Shown: positions 36,867 through 48,435 of the stretch, piece after piece
Numbering within the stretch: position 1 is the first letter of the stretch
Layout: the number at the start of each line of letters is the position of its first letter
Source of the DNA: Somniosus microcephalus
Taxonomy: Eukaryota
Assembly (NCBI GenBank): GCA_052327205.1
Contig: CM126222.1
Span: 49,414,001-49,478,000 of the forward strand
Direction: 5' to 3'
DNA length: 64,000 bases
The notes under the pieces: generated by a model
What the model was told of the DNA's origin: nothing
What the model saw: only the letters and a program-made list of their open reading frames with translations
Database searches by the model: none
Position numbers and translations under genes: made by a program

Positions 36867-37039
36867 TTTAACACCGCCATTTTAACACTGGCCTGAGTGG
36901 AAGTGACTGTGGCTTTCCTGCCAGGCAGAAGCGGGCAGGAAGGAGGCTGATCACCGGGAGAAGAGGTCCCTCAAGGTACGTGTATTTATTTTCTTTTTGT
37001 GGGGCCCAGAGGAACAGGAGCAAAAGCAAGTGTAGGTCT

Positions 37040-38530
37040 TGTGAGGGAATACGCCATATTTCAGAAAGATACACCATACAGTAATATGAACAGAATACTG
37101 ATATTATTAATACATGATATACTGGGTTTAAAAATCTAAAGCCTCGGAGACACAGGCTGCAAACAGAAATACAGGCTTCTGAGATAAAGATCAGTTGATA
37201 ACAAAGTTGTAAGCAAGCTTTGAAATGGGAATTAGTTAAAAATACTAAAACAATGAAAGATTGAAGCAAACCATTAGTGCTTCCGAAAGGTCTACAGTTT
37301 GCAACGAACACAATGAAAATGACCAGTTTAAAGTGTTAAGAACACGTAAAACAGAAACACAAACATTAAAAGAACCATCTGTCTTTGAAAAGGCGACATC
37401 AAGTAAAGAAACACCTGCTGGTCAAATAGCTTTTATGTTAAACTTGGATGACATGAAACACGATTAAATATGCAACCAATTGAGATAGCTAGAAATGCAT
37501 GAAACACTCTGGTCAAAGTGTCTTTAATTTATAGACATAGTAAATATGATACCAACAAGGACACTTTGAAGATATGACTTCAATAGATGACACCAAGCAA
37601 TTACATTGTGTTTGTATTGAACTTGGAGCAGCACAGAGTCACAACATCTGCTAAAAAACCAATTAAGCCAATATTAAGAATTAAATGGAAAATCTTCTAT
37701 AAGAATGGCATCAAACAGAAACCATAGCTGTCATTGTTTTTATGATGGTTTTTGAAACACTTAAAGGTAGAGAAATAATTATGCATGCATTAGTTGAATA
37801 GACAGTAAGAATAGAAAGCATTCGAAAGAGGTAGCAATAAAGACAATTAGCTGACATCAGCAGAGAACAGCAAAGAAGAAACCAATGCAAAAAGAGTATA
37901 AAACATAGACCTTTTCAACAGAAAGGCAGAACTTGCTGAAAGCATTTCTCAACTCTTCAGAGGCATCTCTGTAAGTCTTTAACTATGAGTCTCGGGAAGT
38001 CAAAGTAATTGATTTTGGTGGATGTTCTGGATTTAGAAATAAGTAAGAAATGAAGAAATGTAACGAAGTAAAGATTTGAGAATAAGGACCTCTGAGAAAT
38101 AAGAAATGTAAGCTATCTGTATTTTGACTTGTTAATGTTGCAAATGATTCAACAGCTGTTAACTGAATGTCGGCTCTTAAATAAAACTATATATTTTAAG
38201 AATTATCTCAAAGAGTAATTCTGTATAAACTCGCGAACCCAAATTCTGTACACTCTTTTGTAAGGAGTAGCAGAATTCTGGGGGGGTATTCCAGACCCTC
38301 ATAATATTCGGAAGGTTACAGTCTAGTTCGACTTATTAAAAGTACTATCTGGAGGACGGTAACATCTTTACTCGTTCCTTTCCTTTAGGGAGAGATAGCC
38401 TAAACCTTTAGACCCATTTAAGCGTCTTATGAAATTCAGCTATCTCTAACTTAAGTTGAAGGTGAATGTATGGGGAATACGCCTGATCTGGGGTAGCCCA
38501 AATGGGCTAGGACTTGTAATTATCCCTTCA
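37040..38530 (+). mobile_element. Long solo LTR (1491 bp), retrovirus-like
   Basis: TGTGAGGGA...TCCCTTCA termini, 4-bp TSD GTCT (37036-37039, 38531-38534), host MITE resumes after it; CCAAT 37882, TATAAAA 37897, GTAAGT 37971, AATAAA 38180. Confidence 0.72.
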
Positions 38531-39049
38531 GTCTCACCTGCTCCGGTTTTTTCCCTGCACCCCCCCCCCACCCCAACCTTCTCAATCCACTCACTGCCCT
38601 GGAAATCCCATCGCTCCCGTCCTCACGCTTACCTTGTGGCCGGCTGGCAACCTCCGAGCCACCTGATTTTGAAGGCTGGGCAGCTGTTTCATTCGCAAAA
38701 CCTACTAGAGGGACGTTAATGAGGCCCAGATGTTAAAACTGGCTGGGCTTCCCGCTGCCTCTCATGGATACACCTACCGCTCGCTCGGCCGCTTTCCTGC
38801 CGGGACTTTAAATATCCCCCCAGATCTCATCATTAAATCAGGCTTTTCACTGTTAGTGTTCAACCATTTTCCACAGCTGGATTAATGAACTTTTCAATGT
38901 TTATCCTAGATATGGGGCTTGTTAGCTGCTTGAGGAGCATTAAAAGATCATTACAGCAGGTATATCATGATTGGCTGTTTATTTTCCATCACTGCTAATA
39001 AAACCACTTTCTCGGGATGCTTGCATTTCCAAGCCGTGTATTCCTATGA

Positions 39050-39511
39050 TTTTGTCATATGAGGAGAGATTGGGTCGACTAGGCCTGTATTCACTAGAGT
39101 TTAGAAGAATGAGAGGGGGTCTCATTGAAATGTATAAAATTCTGACAGGGCTAGACAGACTGGATGCAGGGAGGATGTTTCCCCTGGCTTGGGGGTCTAG
39201 AACGAGGGATCACAGTCTCAGGATATGGGGTAGGACATTTAGGACTGAAATGAGGAGAAATTTCTTCACTCAGAGGGTGGTGAACCTGTGGAATTCTCTC
39301 CCACAGAAGGCTGTGGAGGCCAAGTCACTGAATATATTTAAGAAGGAGATAGATAGATTTCTAGACACAAAGGGCATCAAGGGGTATGGGGAAGAGAGCA
39401 GGAATATGGTATTGAGATAGAGGATCAGCCATGATCGTGTTGAATGGCAGAGCAGGCGCGAAGGGCCAAATGGCCTACTCCTGTTCCTAATTTTCTGTTT
39501 CTATGTTTCTA
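39050..39511 (+). mobile_element. CR1 LINE 3' fragment
   Basis: LSYEERLGRLGLYSLEFRRMRG...RNFFTQRVVNLWNSLP; 3' UTR and (TTTCTATG)-type tail. Confidence 0.92.
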
Positions 39512-39568
39512 ACAGTTACATCTCTAACTTCTTCCAGTTCTGATGAAAGGTCATCGACCTGAAACGTT

Positions 39569-40495
39569 GGGCTGAATTTTGCCGGCGCTCAGAGGGCGGG
39601 TTCAGAGGCGGGTCCGCTGCCAAAATAGAAAAGATTGACAGTGGGAAGGGAACCCGCTGTCATCCCGCCTCCACGCGAGTCTCCCAGGTGTCGGGTCTGT
39701 CCGTCCAAGAACGCAAAGTGCTGAAAATAAAGGTTTCAATGTTTGACAGCACATTACCAGAAACTTCACATGAACATTGGTTAAAACACCCAAGTGCCCA
39801 CCCTTGTGTGTTGTTAGTTTGTATGCTTGCAGTAGGATGAGGGTGAGTGTGAGGGGTGGCTAGTGAGATGGGGAAGTGATAATGAAGATAGAGTAGGATA
39901 GGTGGAGGTGCAAGGTAAGTTGGTGTGAGTAAAGATGTGCAGGAGTAGGGTAGGGAAGACAGAGTGATGTGAATGTGATGAGTGGCACAGCAGGATGAGG
40001 TGGAGTGTGGCTTGGCAGTAATGTTTTGTGATCTGCTCAGATCATTGAAAGGCTTGTGCCACTGCAGCCTAGTCCTCCTGATGACATCCCTGCTTCTGCC
40101 CTCCTGCGCAATGTGCAACCAGGCTGCGTTGATCTCCTGGGGAGGTCTCTTCCGCCCATTGGAAGGGAAGAGAACCTCCCTGCGTGCTGTGACTCCCTCC
40201 ATAAGCATATGGAGGGTGTCATTGGCGAGCCTGGGTACAGCCATGCACCTTTGTGCAGTCACTGTCAGTGTTTGCAGCACCTCAATGCTGTAGAACAATG
40301 ACAGCACAACTGTCAAAGTAAATTTGGACATGGCCCCTTTAAGGAAACCGTCTGTTGACGCGTAATCAAATGACATCATCAGACCCGCTTCCTTTTAATT
40401 GGCTGGGAGAGAGCGGGCTGCAGTCGGCAGCGGGCTGGGACCGTGACACCGACCCCAGCCGCCCCGGACCCATCTCGGTCGGAGAAATCGCGGCC
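39569..40495 (-). mobile_element. Internally deleted Harbinger-like element carrying a Myb/SANT exon
   Basis: 3-bp TSD GTT (39566-39568, 40496-40498); degenerate TIRs GGGCTGAATTTTGCC / GGAGAAATCGCGGCC. Confidence 0.8.
40029..40244 (-). pseudogene. Myb/SANT-like (trihelix; NAIF1/MSANTD-type) DNA-binding domain exon
   Basis: MAVPRLANDTLHMLMEGVTARREVLFP...AAWLHIAQE......RRTRLQWHKPFNDLSRS; frame open, splice donor apparently lost. Confidence 0.8.
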
Positions 40496-41240
40496 GTTAG
40501 CTCTGTTTCTCTCTCCACAGATGCTGCCTGACCTGCTGAGTAGTTCCAGCATCTCCTGCTTTTGTTTCAGATTTCCAGGAGTATTTTGCTTTTGGTAAAG
40601 TATATCAGCAGCTCTTGTTTCAAATCATATTCCAGGCAGACCATTATAAAAGGCTCTGTGGATTATTTTTTTAATTACCATAACTCCTATGTGGAGATTC
40701 TAGAAAAACCCGAGCAATCATGAGCACTTTCAAAGAGCGTCTACTCTTTCATTGTTATGTCAAGTAGTTATCCGTTCGCAGTTATTTAGCAGAACATTAT
40801 AAACGCAATGAAACCTATTAAAATTGTTACAAACACATCATCTGTTATGCAAATGTGATAGGTTGAGGCTTCCACTCAGTAAGGTGCTGGGAATGTCATT
40901 AAGAAGCTCTTGATTTATGAAGCAAGGGCGGTCAAAAGTCAGCAGAAAAAAATGGAAATGAAATCTGTGTTTTTCTGCTGATTTCAATTCTTCTTGACTC
41001 TGAAAGATACGATGTACATGTGGGAGCTCTGATTAATCATCCCTGAAAATCAGCAGCACATCGTACCACTGCAATATTTTTTCCAGTGCTTCTGTAACTC
41101 AGCTGGTGGATGAAAAGTCTTCAATCTTTGGAATAGTCTTGAAGTAATCCATAGATTACCTACTTCCAATTAAAATGAAACAATGTTCTGCCTCATTCTT
41201 CGCCGCACAGAATCCAATTTTTCCAACCAGCAAAAATGCA

Positions 41241-42407
41241 GGAAAGAAAGAAAGACTTGGAGTCATCGAGTTATACAGCACAGAAAGAGGCCCTTTGGCC
41301 CATCGTGTCCATGCCAGCCATCAAGCCCTGTCTATTCTAATTCAATTTTCCAGCACTTGGTCCAAAGCCTTGTATGCTATGGCGTTTCAAGTGCTCATCT
41401 AAATGCTTCTTGAATGTTGTGAGGGTTCCTGCCTCTACCACCCTTTCAGGCAGTGAGTTCCAGATTCCAACCACCCTCTGGGTGAAAAAGTTTTTCCTCA
41501 AATCCCCTCTAAACCTCCTGCCCCTTACCTTGAAACTATGCCCCCTGGTTATTGACCCCTCTACGAAGGGGAAAAGTTCCTTTCTATCTACCCTATCTAT
41601 GCCCCTCAGAATTTTGTACACCTCAATCAGGTCCCCCCTCAGCCTTCTCTGCTCTAAGGAAAACAACCCCAGCCTGTCCAGTCTCTCTTCATAGCTGAAG
41701 CGCTCCAGCCCAGGTAACATCCTGGTGAATCTCCTCTGCACCCTCTCCAATGCAATCACATCCTTCCTATAGTGTGGTGACCAGAACTGCACACAGTGTT
41801 CCAGCTGTGGCCTAACTAGCGTTTTGTACAGCTCCATCATAACCTCCCTGCTCTTATACTCTATGCCTCGACTAATGAAGTCAAGTATCCCATATGTCTT
41901 TTTAACCACCTTATCTACCTGTCCTGCAGCCTTCAGGGATCTATGTACATGCACACCAAGGGATCTATGTACTTGCATTTATATAGTGCCTTTCACAACC
42001 ACCGGACGTCTCAAAGAGCTTTACAGCCAATGAAGTACTTTTTGAAGTGGAGTCACTGTTGGGAAACACAGCAGCCAACCTGTGCACAGCAAGGTCCCAT
42101 CAAACAGCAATGTGATAATGACCAGCTAATCTGTTTTTGTTATGTTGGTTGAGGGATAAATATTGGCCAGCATACCAGGGATAACTCCCCTGCTTTTCTT
42201 CGAAATAGTGCCATGGGATCTTTTACGTCCACCTGAGAGAGCAGACAGGGCCTCAGTTTAACATCTCATCTGAAAGACGGCACCTCAGACAATGCAGCAC
42301 TCCCTCAGCACTGCACTGGAGTGTCAGCCTAGCTTTTTTATGCTACCCACAACCCACAACCTTCTGACTCAGAGGCAAGTGTGCTACCCACTGAGCCACA
42401 GCTGACA
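41241..42407 (-). mobile_element. DeuSINE (SacSINE1-like) with its tail split by a CR1
   Basis: Body 41971-42407 matches 19892-20348; tail remainder gaaagaaagaaagacttg lies at 41242-41259. Confidence 0.85.
41260..41970 (-). mobile_element. CR1 LINE 3' fragment (second subfamily)
   Basis: Open frame LGVHVHRSLK...LYKTLVRPQLEHCVQFWSP...KNFFTQRVVGIWNSLP; TSD ACTTG (41255-41259, 41971-41975). Confidence 0.93.
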
Positions 42408-42471
42408 CAGGAGACCCACTATTCCTCTGGTTATCATAATGTCTAAGTCCTCCCTTGTTATTCTGTGTCAT

Positions 42472-44361
42472 AAGAACATAAGAAATAGGAGCAGGAGTAG
42501 GCCAATCGGCCCCTCGAGCCTGCTCCACCATTCAATAAGATCATGGCTGATCTGATCCTAACCTCAAATCTTCTATCACTCTGCATTCACCCGAACCCAT
42601 GTGATCTCCCGGGAGAGGCGAAAAACCAGATAAAGACCCAATGGCCAATTTGGGAGAAAAAAATCTGGGAAATTCCTCTTCGACCCATCTAGGCGATCGA
42701 AATTCTTCCAGGAGATCACTCTGTCCCTATATTTTGCCCCCTAGTTCTAGTTTCACCCATCATTGGGAACATCCTCACCGCATCCACCCGATCAAGCCCC
42801 TTCACAATCTTATATGTTTCAATAAGATCGCCTCTCATTCTTCTGAACTCCAATGAGTAGAGTCCCAATCTACTCAACCTCTCCTCATATGACCACCCCC
42901 TCATCCCCGGGATTAACCGAGTGAACCTTCTTTGTACTGACTCGAGAGCAAGTATGTCTTTTCTTAAGTATGGACGCCAAAACTGTATGCAGTATTCCAG
43001 GTGCGGTCTCACCAATACCTTGTACAACTGCAGCAATACCTCCCTGTTTTTATATTCCATCCCCCTAGCAATAAAAGCCAACATTCCATTGGCCTTCTTA
43101 ATCACTTGCTGCACCTGCATACTAACTTTTTGAGTTTCGTGCACCAGGACCCCCAGATCCCTTTGTACTACAGTACTTTCCAGTTTCTTGCCATTAAGAT
43201 AATAACTTGCTCTATGATTTTTCCTGCCAAAGTGCATAACCTCACACTTTCCAGTATTGTATTCCATCTGCCAAATCTCTGCCCACTTACTTAGCCTGTC
43301 TATGTCCCTTTGCAGGTTTTTTATGTCCTCCTCACTCACTACTTTCCGTCCCATCTTTGTATCATCTGCAAACTTTGATATGTTACACTCGGTCCCCTCC
43401 TCCAAATCGTTAATATAGATTGTAAAGAGTTGGGGACCCAGCACTGACCCCTGCGGAACACCACTAGTTATTGGTTGCCAATCTGAGAACGAACCATTTA
43501 TCCCAACTCTCTGCTTTCTGTTAGAGAGCCAATCCTCCACCCACGCCAGAATATTACCCCCAATCCCGTGATTTTTTATCTTGAGCAATAATCTTTTGTG
43601 TGGCACCTTGTCAAATGCCTTTTGGAAGTCTAAATACACTACGTCCACTGGTTCCCCTTTATCCACCCTGTATGTTACTTCCTCAAAAAACTCAAGCAAA
43701 TTTGTTAAACATGACTTCCCCTTCATGAAACCATGCTGAGTTTGTCCTATTAAATTATGTTTATCCAAATGTCCCGTTACTGTCTCCTTAATAATGGACT
43801 CTAACATTTTACCAACCACAGATGTTAGGCTAACAGGTCTATAGTTTCCAGCCTTCTGCCTACTACCCTTTTTAAATAAGGGTGTTACATTAGCAGTTTT
43901 CCAATCTGCCGGGACCTTTGCTGAGTCCAGTGAGCTTTGGAAAATTATTACCAATGCATCCACAATCCCTACCGCTACTTCCCTCAAGACCCTAGGATGC
44001 AAGCCATCAGGTCCAGGGGATTTATCCGCCTTGAGTCCCATTATTTTACCAAGTACCACTTCCTTAGTGATTTTAATCGTATTTAGTTCCTCCCCCCCTA
44101 GAGCCCCCTGTTTGTCCAGTGTTGGGATATTCTTATTGTCCTCTACTGTAAAGACTGATACAAAATAATTGTTCAGTGTTTTTGCCATCTCCATGTTTCC
44201 CACCATTAATTTTCCGGTCTCATCCTCTAAGGGACCAACATTTACTTTAGCCACCCTTTTTCTTTTTATATAACTATAGAAACTTTTACTGTCTGTTTTT
44301 ATATTTTTTGCTAATTTACTTTCATAATCTATCTTCCCTTTCTTAATCAATCTTTTAGTTA
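42472..44361 (-). mobile_element. 5'-truncated young CR1 LINE with complete RT domain and chimeric 3' end
   Basis: (TTCTTATG)n tail; candidate 6-bp TSD TGTCAT (42466-42471, 44362-44367). Confidence 0.95.
42716..44361 (-). CDS. CR1 ORF2 fragment: reverse transcriptase, uninterrupted frame
   Basis: KSPGPDG, YRPVSLTS, QHGF, LDFQKAFDKV, GVPQGSVLGP, FADD, LGV; no endonuclease domain. The first 54 or so residues of the ORF-track protein come from flanking DNA. Confidence 0.88.
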
Positions 44362-44557
44362 TGTCATGCTGCTTAGAGGCATCAAAAATCTTGTGTAGAA
44401 CTTGGTCATGTGACATTATCACGTTCCACCGCGATGATATCGCACTAGTTAAAACAGAGGTCATGTAGGCAAATCCCATCCTGGTGAATTGTGAAACTGA
44501 ATTCAACATACAGTACTTGGCCATTTATGGGTTGGCACCAGAAAAGATTGACTGTGA

Positions 44558-44787
44558 AAGCTATCAGATTGTCATAAAAAGCCAACTGGTTCACTAATGT
44601 CTTTCAGGGAAAGGAACCTGCTTCCTCTACCCAGTCTGGATTATGTTTGATTCCAGTCCCACTATTTGTGATTGACTCAATGTCCTCTGACGTTGCCAAG
44701 CAAACCAGTCAGTTGTCAGGGCAACTAAGCATGGGCAATAAATGCTGCCTTACCAGCATTGCCCTCATCCTAAAAACAACTAAAAAA
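44558..44787 (+). mobile_element. HE1-like SINE 3' portion
   Basis: actggttcactaatgtctttcagggaaagg...gggcaactaagcatgggcaataaatgct...A-rich end; tail shared with LINE 45163-46089. Confidence 0.7.
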
Positions 44788-45084
44788 TGAATGGAGATCT
44801 CTGATCAAAGGGTGCCTATTTTCAGGGGTACCTGAGGAAACTGGCGTTAGGTCTTGCACCTGGGATCTCCTAAGATTTGATGAGCTGAGGGAATCAGACA
44901 GCAAGGTAAGGGAGGCCAAAAAGGTAAGTACTGCCTTTCTGTTGCAGCCACCCAATGGATCTTTGGGCCTGGAGGCTTTTGGCTGTGGGGCTCAATCCCA
45001 CAGCTGTGCCTGTGTTTACCCCCACCCCCAATTCCCAGTACAAGGCTCAATTTAACACTGGTGGTATGATAGAATGGGTTTTCA

Positions 45085-46360
45085 TGATATGGTACATTGT
45101 CACATCTCTCAAGACATCTCAAAGCACTCCTCAATTAATTAATTTTTGAAATTCAGTCACTGCATTTATTGCCCATCCCTAGTTGCCTTTGAGAAGGTGG
45201 TGGTGAGCCGTCTTCTTGAACTGCTTCAGTCCGTGTGGTGAAGGTACTCCCACAGTGCTGTTAGGTAGGGAGTTCCAGGATTTTGACCCAGCAACGATGA
45301 AGGATCGGCGATTTACTTCTAAGTCAGGATGGTGTGTGACTTGGAGGGGAACCTGGAGGTGGTGGTGTTCCCATGTGCCTGCTGCCCTTGTCCTTCTAGG
45401 TGGAAGAGGTCGTGGGTTTGGGAGGTGTTGCCGAAGAAGCCTTGGCGAGTTGTTGCAGTGTATCTTGTAGATGGTACCCACTGCAGCCACGGTACGCCGA
45501 TGGTGGAGGGAATTAATGTTTAAGGTGGTGGATGGGGTGCCAATTAAACGGGCTGCTTTGTCCTGGATGGTGTCGAGCTTCTTGTGTTGTTGGAGCTGCA
45601 CTCATCCAGGCAAATGGAGAGTATTCCATCACACTCCTTACTTGTGCCTTGTAGATGGTGGAAAGGCTTGGGGAGTCAGGAGGTGAGACACTTGCCGCAG
45701 AATACCCAGCCTCTGACCTGCTCTTCTTGCCACAGTATTTATGTGGCTGGTCCAGTTAAGCTTCTGGTCAATGGTGACCCCCAGGATGTTGATGGTGGGG
45801 GATTTGGCGATGGTAATGCCATTGAATGTCAAGGGGCGGTGGTTAGACTCTCGCTTATTGGAGATAGTCATTGCCTGGCACTTCTGTGGCACGAATGTTA
45901 CCTGCCACTTATCAGCCCACGCCTGAATGTCGTCCAGGTCTTGTTGCATGTGGGAATGGACTGCTTCATTATCTGAGGAGTTGTGAATGGCGCTGAACAC
46001 TGTGCAGTCATCAGCAAACATCCCCATTTCTGACCTTATGTTGGAGGGAAGATCATTGATGAAGCAGCTGAAGATGGTTGGGCCTAGGACACTGTTGCTA
46101 TGTAGGCAAACATGGTGGCCATTTTACACACAGCAAGACCTAACAAACAGCAACAAAATGAGTGACCAGTTAATCTTTTTCTTTGTCTGGTGTAGGAGAG
46201 AGAATTGTTGAGCAGGACACCAGAAGAGCTCACTGCTCTTCTTCAAATAGTGACACATGATCTTTAACCTGAACAGACAGCCAGGGCCTGTGTTCCAAAG
46301 GATGGCACCTCCAGCAGTGTAGCTTTCCCTCAGTACTGCACTGAAGTGTCCGCTGAGATT
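45085..46360 (-). mobile_element. Older DeuSINE split by a HER1-like LINE
   Basis: Pieces 45085-45162 and 46090-46360 are collinear with 19892-20348. Confidence 0.65.
45163..46089 (-). mobile_element. HER1-like (CR1-clade) LINE 3' fragment
   Basis: MFADDCTVF...QQDLDDIQAWADKWQVTF...LGVTID; C-terminus WNSLP...HHHLLKGN*, tail GGATGGGCAATAAATG; TSD CACTG (45158-45162, 46090-46094). Confidence 0.88.
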
Positions 46361-48435
46361 AGTAGCACTGCATTTGCCACATGTTGCAGCAAATTAAAAT
46401 GTTAAGTATGCATTTCATTTGTGTGCAGTGGCACAATTTTTTTGTGTTCATATTGAATTGTGAAGCGAAAATAAAATCCCTACTTTATGAAGCAGTGTAA
46501 TATAGGAAGGTTGTATTTACAGCTAAAGTTTTTTTTTAAAAAGCTATGGTTTAACTATTTGAAATAGTTACCAAGAGGCCAGAGGATGAAAACTATTGGC
46601 TTCACAACACAAGGGAACTTGGGATAGTCTTACCTGCCAGTGCCAGCAGTGTTAGCTGAATATCTTGCACAGCAAGTCTGAGACAAGAGAAAGCAGCGAC
46701 GTTTAAAGCAACATTGAACTGAAATAAAATGTTATTGTGTCACTTTACTGACCTCTCAGGGGCAGCCGTTTAACATTTGTCTTTTCATCCATTTGTGGAT
46801 CAGGACTGCATTCAGTACTGTACTAGAGACGGTTGGGTAACAGAAATGTATTCTCATGTCTGTACCCCCTCAGGAGTGGTGTAAACAATGATGTTACCTG
46901 TAGGACAAATGCAAAATACTGTGGATGCTGGAAATCTGTTACCTGTAGTTCTGCTCTGTAACAGTGCTACATGCCTACTGTGCTCATCAGGGGAGAAGTC
47001 CTCTATCCTTTAAATTTCAAGCAAAAGGTGATGTAAATATCACACTGTTATTTTCATCACAGCATCTACTTTCATATTTTTGAGTTTGTACAGGACACCC
47101 TGATAACATTGTGAATTGAAGCTGAAACATTTGGCCAATGTTCACTTTGTACAGAAATAATGTTTTAGCCCTTAAGGCTTTAACTTATGACAAATAGGTT
47201 GCTGCATAAATAACTGATTTCAGAGAAATTTAGTGAAGTATAAATGAGTTCTGGGCCAATCTTTTTAAAGAGAGATTAAAGGTCACTCGTGTCTCGTTTT
47301 TTATTTTAGAAACGGATTTCTTGATCCTTGGCCGTTTTAGGAGCTGACAGTTTTTTTTGCCGTGAGGTAGCTGAACATCTGTGCTTGTGACAGGGACAGT
47401 GAATGTATACTCATAATGAATCTGCCCCATAGCTCTTGCCTGACCCCAGTGACTGTGTTTTGTGCAAAAATCCCAGTGTAGCCTGATGAGCAAAATGAAA
47501 GTAATTAAGGGGAAGCGGCAGCAGTGGATGCACCGAGACAGAGACAATCACCGAAATTATTGAATTATCAGAGTCTGAAATCACAGCACACAGGAAAGGG
47601 GACAGTTGCGCTCTCTGATAGAATCCTCAGGGGGCTTGGTGCTGACCAGCCTGATCGCAGCGCTGACAATTAGAATAAGCAGGGGAGCTGCACCGAGGTT
47701 CGAGATCAGTTCATATCCAGTAATTGGGTATTTGTACCTGTGCTATAGCAATTATCAGATGTGATGAGGCTGAAAGGGTGAGGATTTAGTTCAGTGTCAA
47801 ACCTGCTGTACTATATTACACTGGATTAATCAGGATCAGGGGTTGATGAAGCTGAAAGGATGAGAGTTTAACCAAATCATCAATCCTGATAAATAATCTG
47901 CAGTGTTGTATTGCATTATATCTCTGTATGAAGACAGTGATCAAGGGGAGGATATAGCTGAAAGGGTAAGGCTTTAACCACAGTCACTGATATTATGCTA
48001 CAAATAGGTTCAAAGAAAATGCAGACAGGACAATTAACCTAGATTTACATTTGCACTGTTTTTTGCTTTTCTCTGGTCCCATTATTAAAACTTCCTAGTA
48101 TGCCACAAAGAAGCACATGGAACGGACCTGTTACTGGTTCAGCACCTGTGTCAGTACAGAGCTTGAACTGCTGCTGATGTCATTACATGTGCCTGTACAT
48201 TGTGACTTAAAACTGGTACAATCTACAGCCACTTGCCCGTTTTTGTGACGTACAGTTACGTCCATACCAGGTCTTGGATTGAAGACTAATCTAGAAATTA
48301 AAATGCCCATTTTCTCATAGCTAGGATTGAATGCTGTACACAAAAAGGCATCATCATGTGGATTTGTTGCTGACAGTTCGCAAACACAGCCGCAGTGGGC
48401 TGATTAAAAGGGATACGGAGGCCGTAAATGGAATT

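Larger units (their letters stand above)
36253..38820. mobile_element. Harbinger-type MITE (family C-like) hosting RTE and long LTR insertions
   Basis: Three pieces (36253-36454, 36867-37039, 38531-38820) are collinear with 10556-11192; ends GGGAAAGTTTTAAC / TTTAAATATCCCCC. Confidence 0.65.
39520..40595 (+). repeat. Penelope/MER6-like repeat with minimal hammerhead core, split by a Harbinger-like insertion
   Basis: cttccagttCTGATGAaaggtcatcgacctGAAAcgtt [insert] gttagctctgtttctctctccacagatgctgcctgacctgctgag...ttccagc. Confidence 0.7.

Noticed and set aside
37040-38320. Alternative LTR end at 38320 (CA followed by GTCT)
   Set aside because: The host MITE resumes only after 38530, which also has CA|GTCT and a better terminal inverted repeat.
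14039-41975. Same ACTTG target duplication for the Gypsy element and a CR1
   Set aside because: Different integration chemistries; a shared 5-mer is readily explained by chance.
42716-44524. 602-aa ORF as a host gene or domesticated RT
   Set aside because: It is a 5'-truncated CR1 ORF2; the N-terminal 54 or so residues are read-in from flanking DNA beyond the TSD, and there is no endonuclease domain or evidence of a promoter.
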